Positions 28,909-38,567 of a stretch of 64,000 bases of DNA are shown piece after piece. The stretch's first letter is position 1. Each line of letters starts with the position of its first letter. Source of the stretch: an uncultured archaeon. GTDB taxonomy: Archaea; Thermoplasmatota; Thermoplasmata; Thermoplasmatales; Thermoplasmataceae. The DNA lies in NCBI GenBank assembly GCA_000965745.1, contig CP009479.1, positions 2,080,001 to 2,144,000 on the forward strand, read 5' to 3'. Both the position numbers and the translations under genes were made by a program. The notes beneath the pieces were generated by a model. The model worked only from the letters and a program-made list of their open reading frames with translations. It made no database searches and was not told the origin of the DNA.

Positions 28909-29376
28909 TCAGAGCAGTGTTATTACTTCATCATCGCTGTCATAATCAAGCAATCTCGTGTATCTTCCCCATCCAATAATGAGGTTAAATGTGTTCACAT
29001 CATCCTCTGAAGGAAAATTTGAGCGGATAAAATCCTCAAGTTCCTCCTTGGACATTTCAGGAACTTCCCTGCTTCTGAAATCCCTCATTAGGGAGTTGAA
29101 CGGTTCAACGTTGCTGACCTGCCTCTTCAAAATCTCTTTCCTTCCGTCAATGTTGGCCTTCAGAAATTCTTTTCCAAGTCCTGTGAGGTGAATGTCACCA
29201 TTCACGATGTCAAGGAGGCCAAGAGCATCAGCATCATTCAAAAGGTTCATGAGCGTGCTTCTCTCCTCATCGAGTGAGTCGTCAAGCCGAGCAATATCCA
29301 CAGACTTGCCGACATCCTCCAGGATTTCAAGCAGACCAACAATATCTCCAACGCCTCTGGTTTCCAAAAGGTGCAT
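28909..29376 (-). CDS. Stand-alone AAA-associated (NitT/TauT ATPase C-terminal, wHTH-like) domain protein
   Basis: IVGLLEIL...DIARL...ADALGLL...GDIHLT..GKEF...IIGWGRYTRLLDYD pattern; no Walker motifs. Confidence 0.7.
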   Translation of the reverse strand: MHLLETRGVGDIVGLLEILEDVGKSVDIARLDDSLDEERSTLMNLLNDADALGLLDIVNGDIHLTGLGKEFLKANIDGRKEILKRQVSNVEPFNSLMRDFRSREVPEMSKEELEDFIRSNFPSEDDVNTFNLIIGWGRYTRLLDYDSDDEVITLL

Positions 29377-29541
29377 TTCTTTATACAGTATCCTGTATGA
29401 ATATTGACTTAAATTTTTTCCGCTTTTAAGATGAGGGCTGAGTGGAGTCAACTAAATTTTGACAATGTCGCTTTTAACCTCTGCATGTTGAATGCCGTTC
29501 AGGGGACTCTAGTTCATAAGGGTCTTCGGTATATAAATAAG

Positions 29542-30549
29542 ATGGGAAACCTCAGGTCTGAACTGTTAAGGGAACTAGAGTCAAGAGGACCCGGAGGCTT
29601 AAGGCAGAATGAGATTTACTCTGCCCTCAATTATTCAAGGTCTCACGTATCAGAAACACTCGCCTCACTTGAACGGGGAGGTATTATATTACGCAAGAGG
29701 GAAGGAAAGGCTTCAAAAAGGGTCTGGCTTACTGAGCAATATCCAGGGCACATTGAAGGCCTTGTACGGGTTGGGATATTGATGTCCTCGGAATACGTCC
29801 CGTTTCTGAGTTCCATATGGAAGTCCATGGAAGGAAAGAATCAAAAGATAAAGGTTAGGGTTTTTGGAAGTGCGCCTGATCTGATATCCTCATTGCATGA
29901 ATACACCCTTGAGATAGGGGTTGCCCCGACATTCACCCACGTCCTGTTTTCACTTACCAATAAGAAAGAGGTCATAATTTCTGCAGTAGGTAGCGGCGGG
30001 TCGGCCGTTTTATCCAACAGTGCAGTAAACAATAACCTGCTGGCAACTTCTGAATCCTCTACCATGGCGCTGATGTCCAGGGAATTGGTTAAGGAGAAAG
30101 GGGCAAAGATACATTTCTTTACTGACCCGGGAAAGGCGAAAGATGAATTTCTGGCTGGCTCTTTCGAATATATGGCAATCTGGGAGCCGTTCCTTTCCGA
30201 TGCAAGGAATCACCCTGGAATTGAGGAGGTGTCGGATAGTGGAGAAAAATCCTTTCTCAACCCGTGCTGCTCCATCGGGGTGAGCAGAAACTTCCTGGAG
30301 TCTGAAGGAGAACTTGTAAGGGTGATTTCAAGAGGATATCATGAATTCCTTGAGAAAATGGGAGAACCTGACCTTGATTATGGCATTGGCGTAATTTCTG
30401 ATGCCACGGGGTACAACCCTGAAGAACTCCTGGAATCCCTCAAATCCTATGAGTTTTCGGACAGATTGGATTTGGCTATGCTCAGAAAGTACATGATAGA
30501 CGTTGGAATCCCTGTCTCATCGGAACGATTGAAAGAAATGCTTCTTTAG
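29542..30549 (+). CDS. Winged-HTH regulator fused to a NitT/TauT (SsuA/NMT1-like) substrate-binding domain
   Basis: GLRQNEIY...SRSHVSETLASLERGGIILR wHTH; GSGGS, IWEPF, NPCC in the PBP2-like part; no signal peptide. Confidence 0.72.
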   Translation: MGNLRSELLRELESRGPGGLRQNEIYSALNYSRSHVSETLASLERGGIILRKREGKASKRVWLTEQYPGHIEGLVRVGILMSSEYVPFLSSIWKSMEGKNQKIKVRVFGSAPDLISSLHEYTLEIGVAPTFTHVLFSLTNKKEVIISAVGSGGSAVLSNSAVNNNLLATSESSTMALMSRELVKEKGAKIHFFTDPGKAKDEFLAGSFEYMAIWEPFLSDARNHPGIEEVSDSGEKSFLNPCCSIGVSRNFLESEGELVRVISRGYHEFLEKMGEPDLDYGIGVISDATGYNPEELLESLKSYEFSDRLDLAMLRKYMIDVGIPVSSERLKEMLL

Positions 30550-30552
30550 TGG

Positions 30553-32178
30553 CTACTGCAAAAGCATTTCCACTTCGAGCAGATTAAGCTCAAGCGCTGC
30601 TACCGGGGCATTCAAATCATACCTCACCAGGACATCAGGGTCCACTTCCCCAATTATCCCCACTGGCTTCCCGTTGAAGAAAATGCTGCCTGCCCTTCCC
30701 TCTATAAATCCTTCCTGCTTCTTCTGTCTGATCTCAATGGAACCGATGCCAAGTCTTGTTGCAGCATAATCAAGAACCTGCTTTATTGAGGAATAGGACG
30801 CTTTAGAGTCCATTATCACGGCACAGAAACGAGTTTCCTGTTCACCGTTGCTGTAAACCTCCCCAATCTCAAAAACTCTGTGCGGGAGGGGCCTTCTCTT
30901 GTTTATGCGCAGCAGCTCAAGGATGTTTATGTGAAGCCTGTCCCTTATAACAGAGTAATCAAGGCTCTTTGGGTTGCGAATCTCAATGCCTCCCACGTAT
31001 TGGAAATGCCTGTAATGGGATGACGATGATACGACGAATGTCCTTACTTCCTGGAGGCCTATGCCTATCATTGCGTCCCTCAAAAGGGATGAAAAATCGT
31101 TTGACCTGTTCGGGGTTCCGATCAGGGGGAGGTCCATCTTTTTCTCCCGGATCCTTGAAAGGCCGTAAGCCTTGACTACGTCCTCTATCACATCCACCTG
31201 CCCCATTACGTCGACCCTGTTTCCAGGTACCTTGACGCTTATCCAAGCCGAAGATGGCTCAGCCATGTATCCCATTCTCCTGAGTAGTTCAATGGTATTT
31301 TTCTGTGACGGATCCATTCCCGTGATCCTTTTCATTTCATCACTGGAAAGGTTGATCTCCCTTCCGTCATAACCATCTGCTCCGATTTCGGTGAATGCGC
31401 CTCCTGTAACACTAGCGGGGTAAACTGTATAACCGATATTCTGGAATTCATAAAGCAATAGGAAATATGCATCCCTGGCCGCTTTTCTGTCATTTCCTGT
31501 TATGTCAACAAAAAATCTCCTGGTTTTTTCATCCACCTTTGATTTCAAGCCGTTTATAACGGGTGGCATTGAAAGCACGCCGCCATCGCTGTCCAGTATC
31601 ACTGGCACTTCAGTATCCGATTCAATAAGCTTGCCGAACTCGACTCCTTTGGGATGCTCCTTCAGGATACGCTTTGCAGTTCCTGTTACAGTGCCGTCAT
31701 AAGTAGTAAATTCGATGCTGTCACTTTTCACCGCCCTGTACTCAAACGGGGGTTTTAGCTTGTCCAGATCATGAAGCCCTATGGAGACCTTGACTCTATT
31801 CTTGCCCAGGTTGTCGTGTATTCTTTCCTGGTAGTCGATCAGTCCTTCAAGGCTGCCTTCAATCGGCCTTCCGCTTGCAATAAACGCAATCGCATATTTC
31901 CTGATTTTCCTGACATTGCCAGAAATTCTAAATTCGACTTCAGAGATTGAACTTTCCCGATTAATCCAGTAGTCTCTGTCATAGAAGCATTTCATAGCTT
32001 CCCGCAGGGCCGGGAATGAGAACAGATCAGGCCGGTCCGGGTTGAATTCAACCTTCAGCTCGTTGCCGTCTTCCTCTATAGTGTAACCGATAACCTCTGA
32101 AAACTCAGTGAGGTTTTTGATGAAACTTTTTCCATAATTCTTTACCAGAGAGGATTTTGTGTCCTTTATGACTACCAT
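30553..32178 (-). CDS. pheT: Phenylalanine--tRNA ligase beta subunit (archaeal)
   Basis: FNPDRPDL, SIGLHD, LSMPPVIN, RVDVMGQVDVIEDV. Confidence 0.96.
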   Translation of the reverse strand: MVVIKDTKSSLVKNYGKSFIKNLTEFSEVIGYTIEEDGNELKVEFNPDRPDLFSFPALREAMKCFYDRDYWINRESSISEVEFRISGNVRKIRKYAIAFIASGRPIEGSLEGLIDYQERIHDNLGKNRVKVSIGLHDLDKLKPPFEYRAVKSDSIEFTTYDGTVTGTAKRILKEHPKGVEFGKLIESDTEVPVILDSDGGVLSMPPVINGLKSKVDEKTRRFFVDITGNDRKAARDAYFLLLYEFQNIGYTVYPASVTGGAFTEIGADGYDGREINLSSDEMKRITGMDPSQKNTIELLRRMGYMAEPSSAWISVKVPGNRVDVMGQVDVIEDVVKAYGLSRIREKKMDLPLIGTPNRSNDFSSLLRDAMIGIGLQEVRTFVVSSSSHYRHFQYVGGIEIRNPKSLDYSVIRDRLHINILELLRINKRRPLPHRVFEIGEVYSNGEQETRFCAVIMDSKASYSSIKQVLDYAATRLGIGSIEIRQKKQEGFIEGRAGSIFFNGKPVGIIGEVDPDVLVRYDLNAPVAALELNLLEVEMLLQ

Positions 32179-32204
32179 GATCTGAAGTCAATGAGATTAG
32201 CTGT

Positions 32205-32534
32205 TTATTTAATGTTTTCCTGCTTTGAGATCTCATCAATCTCATCGTTAAGCCTCTTCAGGGTGTAATCTCTTAAAACTATGCGGATAAGATCGTCGAG
32301 TGAGATTGCAGATCCGCTTTCAACATCCTTTTCAAGATCACTGAGGATCTTCTGTGGGATCATTACGTTCACCTTGCTTGCCTTCCCACCTTTGTAGTTC
32401 CTTTCAATGAACTCGTCGATTGATTTTCGGATAATCTCAGAAATGTTCTCGAACTGCATTGACTCTACGAGTTGCTCAAGCTTCTCCATGGTCTCTTCTG
32501 AGATTCTTACGGTAACCCTGTAAGGAACTGACAT
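32205..32534 (-). CDS. Tandem ribbon-helix-helix (CopG/CdrS-like) transcription factor
   Basis: RVTVRIS...FENISEIIRKSI and a second repeat KVNVMIP...SLDDLIRIVL. Confidence 0.82.
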   Translation of the reverse strand: MSVPYRVTVRISEETMEKLEQLVESMQFENISEIIRKSIDEFIERNYKGGKASKVNVMIPQKILSDLEKDVESGSAISLDDLIRIVLRDYTLKRLNDEIDEISKQENIK

Positions 32535-32604
32535 TTTCCTGAACCCTCAAATAATTCCCGATTCCTATTATTACAGTAATGTTTCAGAGAACGGGACTTA
32601 ACCT

Positions 32605-32641
32605 TGTCTGACACAGTTGTAATTTACATATAAACCTTTTT
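32605..32641 (-). promoter_or_regulatory. Promoter of the RHH gene with palindromes near the start site
   Basis: Minus strand AAAAAGG-TTTATATG (BRE/TATA); palindromes TGTAATTTACA (32618-32628) and TGTCTGACA (32605-32613). Confidence 0.5.
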
Positions 32642-32733
32642 GAGTTGCCTGCAAAGTTACGTCATCCGGCCGGAGATATTGAAAGGCATTTATTTTGGAA
32701 TTTAATAAATACAGCCATTCAATGCTATAGCCA

Positions 32734-33249
32734 ATGGTCATTGAAATTGGGAAGAAAGTCTACCTGGCCGAAACGGCTGTCCTGATCGGAGAAGTGAAAT
32801 TGTCCGACGGTGTATCTGTTTTTGACCACTCAGTGCTGAGAGGAGATCTGAATCATATCTCGATAGGAACTGATTCAAACATACAGGACAATGTTACGAT
32901 TCATGTGGAGAAAGACCATCCTACCGTGATTGGAAGGAATGTTTCTGTCGGGCATAATGCGATAATTCATGGGGCCAAGGTTGAAGAGAGTGTGATTGTG
33001 GGCATGGGTGCCATACTCCTCAATGGCTCCCACATAAGGAGCGGATCAGTAGTGGCAGCAGGGGCGGTTGTCAGAGAAGGTTTCGAGAGTGAGGAAAATT
33101 CAATCGTGGCAGGGATACCGGCAACAACAAAAAAAGTGGATGAGTCCGTCAGAAAGTACGCAGTGAAGAATGGCGAGTCCTATCAGAAATTAAGAGATCG
33201 GTACCTGGCCGGAAAAGTGGAGAAACGATATGGAAAGGGCGAACAATAG
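32734..33249 (+). CDS. Gamma-carbonic anhydrase family (hexapeptide repeat) protein
   Basis: LRGD, SNIQDNVTIH, VGHNAIIHG with three His ligands. Confidence 0.93.
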   Translation: MVIEIGKKVYLAETAVLIGEVKLSDGVSVFDHSVLRGDLNHISIGTDSNIQDNVTIHVEKDHPTVIGRNVSVGHNAIIHGAKVEESVIVGMGAILLNGSHIRSGSVVAAGAVVREGFESEENSIVAGIPATTKKVDESVRKYAVKNGESYQKLRDRYLAGKVEKRYGKGEQ

Positions 33250-33340
33250 GCAAAAAGAGTGGTGCCCTAGAAACCGGCTTTTCAGCGCCTCTGTGGAACA
33301 TACCTACACAAGAGCATGCTGAAGGACAGGCAGGAGCCAC

Positions 33341-33423
33341 TACATAATTCTATACAGTATTATAAATTAAAAATTATACAAAAAATGGATATAAATAACC
33401 AGACGCTTCGACAACCTGAGGTG
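33341..33423 (+). promoter_or_regulatory. Archaellum operon promoter and SD
   Basis: AT-rich block, AAAAAATGG-ATATAAATA BRE/TATA near 33380-33397, GAGGTG at 33418-33423 five nt before TTG. Confidence 0.6.
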
Positions 33424-33428
33424 TCTAA

Positions 33429-34166
33429 TTGAATAGAGCCGTAATGAAAAGAGCTAAAAAGCTCGGGAAATTGTTCAGCCTGAAGGTGGACAGCAGAGGA
33501 GATACAGGAATCGGTACCCTCATTGTTTTCATAGCAATGGTACTGGTTGCTGCAGTCGCTTCAACTGTCCTTATTCACACGGCTGGAACACTACAGCAGA
33601 GAGCATCGAGTACAGGTCAGCAGACAACGCAGCAGGTATCAACCGGTCTGTCGGTGTCTTCGATCTATGGGATCAACAACGAAACCGCCGCGTTTACAGC
33701 AGGTAGCATAAAGTGGGTAGCCATATACATTGGAGAAACATCCGGAAGTCAGCCGGTCAACCTCGGTAACGTCACACTCCAGCTGACATACAAGGGCCAG
33801 ACTGCATCACTTACCTACATTGGCAACAATAGCACAGTTGCCGGGTACCACAGTGCTGCACAGGGAACAAACAATGTTTTCCAGAGCAAATACTTCAGTG
33901 CACTGGATAACAATTCAGCCGGAGCAAGTGATCACTTTGCAGTCCTGACGATAGCAGACCCAACATCATCCCTGTCGGGAACATACCCAGTGGTATCATA
34001 CGGTGACCAGGTAGCGCTGCTAGTCAACGTAACAGCAGTATTTGGCGCAGGTATATCACAGGGACAAAGTGTAACTGGTTCAGTCACGCCACCGAGCGGT
34101 AACCCGGGAGTCATACAGTTCACTGCACCGGAGTCTTTCACACAGGCAATAGTACAGCTGCAATAA
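33429..34166 (+). CDS. flaB: Archaellin (archaeal flagellin)
   Basis: Class III signal peptide ...SRG/DTGIGTLIVFIAMVLVAAV, LQQRA. Confidence 0.97.
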   Translation: MNRAVMKRAKKLGKLFSLKVDSRGDTGIGTLIVFIAMVLVAAVASTVLIHTAGTLQQRASSTGQQTTQQVSTGLSVSSIYGINNETAAFTAGSIKWVAIYIGETSGSQPVNLGNVTLQLTYKGQTASLTYIGNNSTVAGYHSAAQGTNNVFQSKYFSALDNNSAGASDHFAVLTIADPTSSLSGTYPVVSYGDQVALLVNVTAVFGAGISQGQSVTGSVTPPSGNPGVIQFTAPESFTQAIVQLQ

Positions 34167-34200
34167 GCTGTATTATTCCCCTATTTAATCAGTGAGTACA

Positions 34201-34677
34201 ATGGGTCTCTTTGACAAATTGATTGGAAGAAGGAAAAAAGAGGCCACAGCAAACGTACAGAATCCTATTCAGCAACAGCCAGCGAACGTCAGTCCACCTC
34301 CACAACCGCAAGTTGACACGAAGATAATAGAAGGGATAAATCAGCGGTTGACTTCGATCGAGAATGAAGTCAACAGGCTGAATATGTCCTTTGAAGCATC
34401 TAGAAGAAGCGTATCTGAGGTAAAAGAAGACGTAGAAGGTCTAAAGGAGAATGTAAAAATGGTAGTTTCACTATATGAAATGGTCTCGAAAGAGTTCAAT
34501 CCGTTCATAGATCAGACTCCAGAAGAGATCAAGGATCTCACAGACTCACTTAGGGAAAACGTTGAAGACCTCAGAAGCCTTGTCAACTCAGCAATCAAGG
34601 ATCTCAAGGAGTTGTATGGAGCACCAGACATGGATTCAATACTAGACGAAATGGATCAGGAGGAATCAAATGATTAA
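34201..34677 (+). CDS. flaC: Archaellum accessory protein FlaC/ArlC
   Basis: Coiled coil followed by LYEMVSKEFNPF. Confidence 0.9.
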   Translation: MGLFDKLIGRRKKEATANVQNPIQQQPANVSPPPQPQVDTKIIEGINQRLTSIENEVNRLNMSFEASRRSVSEVKEDVEGLKENVKMVVSLYEMVSKEFNPFIDQTPEEIKDLTDSLRENVEDLRSLVNSAIKDLKELYGAPDMDSILDEMDQEESND

Positions 34678-35371
34678 CGATTCCCTTAAGGGATTTCTAC
34701 AGACAAAAGTGGATTCTATCGACAAGTCCATACCTAAATTCGTTGTGGAAGAACTGAGACAGAAAATACTCAACTCACCGACTAAGTTCTCAAAAACAGA
34801 TATTGAGAATCTTTTCAACAACCTTCAGAAAAAATACATGGAGGGCAGAGAAAATTCGCTCCTGGGTAAAGTCGACCAGATATTTCGTGAAATATCCAAT
34901 GTCGAAAGCATGCTGTCAAGCGGAGGGGGGAAACGCCCGAAGCCCTCGGCATTCGACTCAGAAGATGAACTATCCGAACCCACAGCAGAAAAACCTAGGT
35001 CTTACAAGAAAAGATACAAGCTCGAAGCAGTCGGAGATGATGTAGTGTCATTGATGGTTGCCTTGAGATGGCTGGAATTTCTGCTAGACAACTATGGTGC
35101 AGAGAATACTCTTGACATACTCGACTACTACGAAAGTCTCGGATGGATATCGCCCAATGCAAAAGAACAGATGTTCAAGTTTACAAAGATTACGGGCATA
35201 ATGGCTCCTGCACAGGAGTACAAGATTAAGCCGACAATACAGGACCACATAGTTACGATGCTTTTCATTGAAAAGCTGAACGGTGGAGAGATATCCAGGG
35301 ACCTGATAGAGAGGCTTGAAAGAGATTTCAGACTTCTCAAAAAAGGAGTAGACGAACTGTATGGGATTTAG
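34670..35371 (+). CDS. flaE: Archaellum accessory protein FlaD/E
   Basis: WLEFL...ILDYYESLGWIS...DHIVTMLFIEKL. Confidence 0.9.
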   Translation: MINDSLKGFLQTKVDSIDKSIPKFVVEELRQKILNSPTKFSKTDIENLFNNLQKKYMEGRENSLLGKVDQIFREISNVESMLSSGGGKRPKPSAFDSEDELSEPTAEKPRSYKKRYKLEAVGDDVVSLMVALRWLEFLLDNYGAENTLDILDYYESLGWISPNAKEQMFKFTKITGIMAPAQEYKIKPTIQDHIVTMLFIEKLNGGEISRDLIERLERDFRLLKKGVDELYGI

Positions 35372-35795
35372 TTACGTTGCAGCTGCGGCAATTTTGCTCA
35401 GTTCAACCCTTATTTTTTTTGGAATGGTATATTCCGGTTTCGTTCAATCGAATCTCGAAATTCACAATTCAGGGGTTCAGTATGACCACCAGAGATACGA
35501 TTATCTCAATTCAAACGTAAACATCACAGGATATAATGTGGTGAATGAAAGCACTGCAAATGCCAGTGCGTATAAGGTATATATAAATATGACAAACACA
35601 GGCAGTGTTACGCTCAATATGAACTCGACAGACATCCTGGTAAACGGGATAATGACCGGGTTCAATTCATCGGCCGAGTACCTGTTCCCGCTGGGAAAGG
35701 GAAACGTCTCATTCAATGTAAATTCAACTTCAACTTATGATGTTGAAATAGTGTTCAGCACAGGATATGAAAAATATGCGAAGGTGACAGCCTAA
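35361..35795 (+). CDS. flaF: Archaellum protein FlaF/ArlF
   Basis: MGFS N-terminus plus TM, NTGSVTL, ILVNG, YLFP. Confidence 0.88.
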   Translation: MGFSYVAAAAILLSSTLIFFGMVYSGFVQSNLEIHNSGVQYDHQRYDYLNSNVNITGYNVVNESTANASAYKVYINMTNTGSVTLNMNSTDILVNGIMTGFNSSAEYLFPLGKGNVSFNVNSTSTYDVEIVFSTGYEKYAKVTA

Positions 35796-36244
35796 TGGGA
35801 TCTTTAGCAACATCGGAACTGATATTCTTCATAGCAACTCTTGTGATTAGCGCATCCGTAGTGGGAGTTCTCGGGGGCCAGACTCTCCATATTACCCAGA
35901 GCATAAGCCAGTCTTCAAAGACTGTGTCTTCAACGATAGATTCGGGGTTTGAGATCATAAATGACCCGTCCAGCATACCCTACAACAGCGGATATGTGTT
36001 CTACATAAAGAACACCGGAAGCGAGAGCTTCTATTTCACGAATAATACTATTTCCACCGTGATCAACGGAACCCTGCTTTCGGGCAGCAAAGTGGAATAC
36101 CAGGACCTTGGAGGAAACGGCATGCTGATGCCCGGCCAGGTCGGGACAATAACCGCGAACCTGACCCTCAGTCCGGGGTATTACACACTCGATGTTACGC
36201 TGAGCAACGGGCTGGGCCATAGCATGGTGTTCCGGGTGAATTGA
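35795..36244 (+). CDS. flaG: Archaellum protein FlaG/ArlG
   Basis: SELIFFIA, IINDP, YIKNTGS. Confidence 0.9.
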   Translation: MGSLATSELIFFIATLVISASVVGVLGGQTLHITQSISQSSKTVSSTIDSGFEIINDPSSIPYNSGYVFYIKNTGSESFYFTNNTISTVINGTLLSGSKVEYQDLGGNGMLMPGQVGTITANLTLSPGYYTLDVTLSNGLGHSMVFRVN

Positions 36245-36253
36245 GGATCGGCT

Positions 36254-36925
36254 ATGTATCTGGATTACGGAATTGAAGGTGACGAACTTGACAAGAGAAT
36301 GGGCGGCGGGCTATACGTCGGCCAGGTCATGTCAATAATGGGTGAGAGCGGCGAAGGCAAGAGCATGCTTTCCCTGCGTCTAGCCTACGGCCTGATCCAG
36401 AATGGTGCCAGCATATGCTACATTTCATCCCAGTTTCCAGTCAGGGAATTCATATCAGAATCAGAGTCGCTCGGCTATCCGCTGCTTAACGACATACTGT
36501 CTGACCAGATGTCACTGATAACGAGCGTGTTCCTGCTCAGAAGAAGCAGGAAGGCAACGATCGATCAGCTTCTTGAGAATGAGAAGGTGAAGCAGAAACA
36601 GGTACTGATAATCGATTCGCTCCTTCCGATAATGTTCACCGACTTCGACGTGGACTATTTTCTCACGAGGCTGAGAAAATTCTCCGAGGGAAGGATAGTG
36701 ATAATAACGTTAAACCCGACAGATTTCGACCCCAAGATGCTGCTCAAGATACAGCAGCTGTCAACCACTGTCATATCATTGAAGTCAAAGGAGCTGGCAG
36801 GGGAGCGCAAGAGAGTGATTGAGCTGACAAAATTCCCGATGGCCATGAAAGCTTTCCAGCAGTCAATATCGTACAGGATTGAGCCTGGAAGGGGCCTGAT
36901 AGTGGAGATCTCAAGTGTATCATAA
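36254..36925 (+). CDS. flaH: Archaellum KaiC-like ATPase FlaH/ArlH
   Basis: ELDKRMGGG, GESGEGKS, IIDS, RIEPGRGLIVEI. Confidence 0.94.
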   Translation: MYLDYGIEGDELDKRMGGGLYVGQVMSIMGESGEGKSMLSLRLAYGLIQNGASICYISSQFPVREFISESESLGYPLLNDILSDQMSLITSVFLLRRSRKATIDQLLENEKVKQKQVLIIDSLLPIMFTDFDVDYFLTRLRKFSEGRIVIITLNPTDFDPKMLLKIQQLSTTVISLKSKELAGERKRVIELTKFPMAMKAFQQSISYRIEPGRGLIVEISSVS

Positions 36926-36940
36926 GGAGGAAAGAAACCA

Positions 36941-38563
36941 ATGGTTGAAATAATAAAATCAGACAGCCTTGAAATGGCATTAAGCAGGAATCCGCACCTG
37001 AACGCATACATCGAAAACTACAGGAATGCCACGGGCAGGACTCCTGAATTCGTTTCAGTAGCGGACAACTCGATTAGGGACATGTCATCCATAGATGTCA
37101 TCTATCCTGTGGGCGACCCCATTTTCATTCACATACACCTTAACGACGAGGGGGCGAAACTGTACACGCCAATTGAGCCGAAGCTCACGTTTGATGAAGT
37201 AATAGTAATGGAGGAAATTCTCAACATGCTCCTGGCCTTTGCAACTGATTATCCGGCCCCTGATAACGAGGAGGTGCTTGAGCAGAATCTCGAAGAGCTT
37301 TTCTTCAAGAGGGTGACAGTGGGAGTGGCAAACAAGGTGAGAGGGACCTCCGCAACTGTGCTTCCAGAACTTTACGACAAGCTTCTTTACAACCTGAAGA
37401 AAGAAGTCATCGGGCTTGGGCCACTTGAGCCGCTTATAAGGGATCCGAATATAGAGGATATCAGCGGGATTGGCGCCAAGGATGTGTACATAGTCCATAA
37501 AATACTTGATTCCATGCAGACAGAGGTAACTTTTGGGGACAACGACAGGCTTTCGCTCTATGCTAAGAGGCTGAGCGAAAGGGTAGGGAGGCCTGTCAGT
37601 GACAAAAACCCGATCGTGGACGCCACACTTCCTGACGGTTCCAGGCTTTCGATTGTCTATAGCAGTGACGTGTCTGCCAGGGGCCCCAGCTTCACCATTA
37701 GGAAATTCCAGGACATACCGATTAGTATAGTACAGCTGATAAAGTTCAACACCATGTCCGCAGAAGAGGGGGCTTATCTCTGGCTGGCACTTGAATATGG
37801 CCAGAGTGTGTTTGTCTGCGGCGAGACTGCAAGTGGCAAGACCACGGTGGTAAACGCCATGATTCCGTTCATAAGGCCTGAGTCCAAGATATTCAGTGCC
37901 GAGGACACGCCTGAGGTCAGGGCACCGCATCCTGCCTGGCAACAGCTGGTTACAAGGGAAAGAGGTGCGGAGGACAGCAGGGTCACCCTGTTTGATCTTC
38001 TCAAGACTGCATTAAGGTCAAGGCCCAATTACATTATCGTGGGTGAAATAAGAGGTGCCGAGGGTTCCATGGCTTTCCAGGCCATGCAGACAGGACATCC
38101 GGTAATAGCCACTTTCCACGCAGCATCAGTCAAGAAGATGATCCAGAGGTTTACCGGGGTTCCGATCAACATCCCAGTGACGTTCATGGATAATCTCAAC
38201 ATAGCACTGATACAGCAGGCGGTTTACGTCAACGGCAAGTTCCTGAGGAGAACAACCAGCATTAACGAGATAGAGGGCTACTACGAGGAGCTTGGCGGAG
38301 TCTCCACAAAACAGGTTTTCCAGTGGGACCCGACAACTGACAGGCACATATTCAGGGGAATGAACAACAGCTACATCCTTGAGAAAAGAATCGGGCAGAC
38401 TGCCGGCCTTCCCGATCCGAAGATGATTTATGATGAGCTGTTCAAGAGAGCAAGGATCCTCAAATACATGGTTACCCAGAACATCAACTCATACTATGAT
38501 GTGTTCAAACTCGTAAAGACGTTCTACACCAAGGGGGACATAGGCGTACCAATATTCGGATGA
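36941..38563 (+). CDS. flaI: Archaellum motor ATPase FlaI/ArlI
   Basis: GETASGKTT, AEDTPE, LRSRPNYIIVGEIRG, QTGH. Confidence 0.96.
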   Translation: MVEIIKSDSLEMALSRNPHLNAYIENYRNATGRTPEFVSVADNSIRDMSSIDVIYPVGDPIFIHIHLNDEGAKLYTPIEPKLTFDEVIVMEEILNMLLAFATDYPAPDNEEVLEQNLEELFFKRVTVGVANKVRGTSATVLPELYDKLLYNLKKEVIGLGPLEPLIRDPNIEDISGIGAKDVYIVHKILDSMQTEVTFGDNDRLSLYAKRLSERVGRPVSDKNPIVDATLPDGSRLSIVYSSDVSARGPSFTIRKFQDIPISIVQLIKFNTMSAEEGAYLWLALEYGQSVFVCGETASGKTTVVNAMIPFIRPESKIFSAEDTPEVRAPHPAWQQLVTRERGAEDSRVTLFDLLKTALRSRPNYIIVGEIRGAEGSMAFQAMQTGHPVIATFHAASVKKMIQRFTGVPINIPVTFMDNLNIALIQQAVYVNGKFLRRTTSINEIEGYYEELGGVSTKQVFQWDPTTDRHIFRGMNNSYILEKRIGQTAGLPDPKMIYDELFKRARILKYMVTQNINSYYDVFKLVKTFYTKGDIGVPIFG

Positions 38564-38567
38564 TAAT

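Noticed and set aside
37085-37942. 285-aa minus-strand ORF
   Set aside because: Lies entirely antisense to the highly conserved flaI
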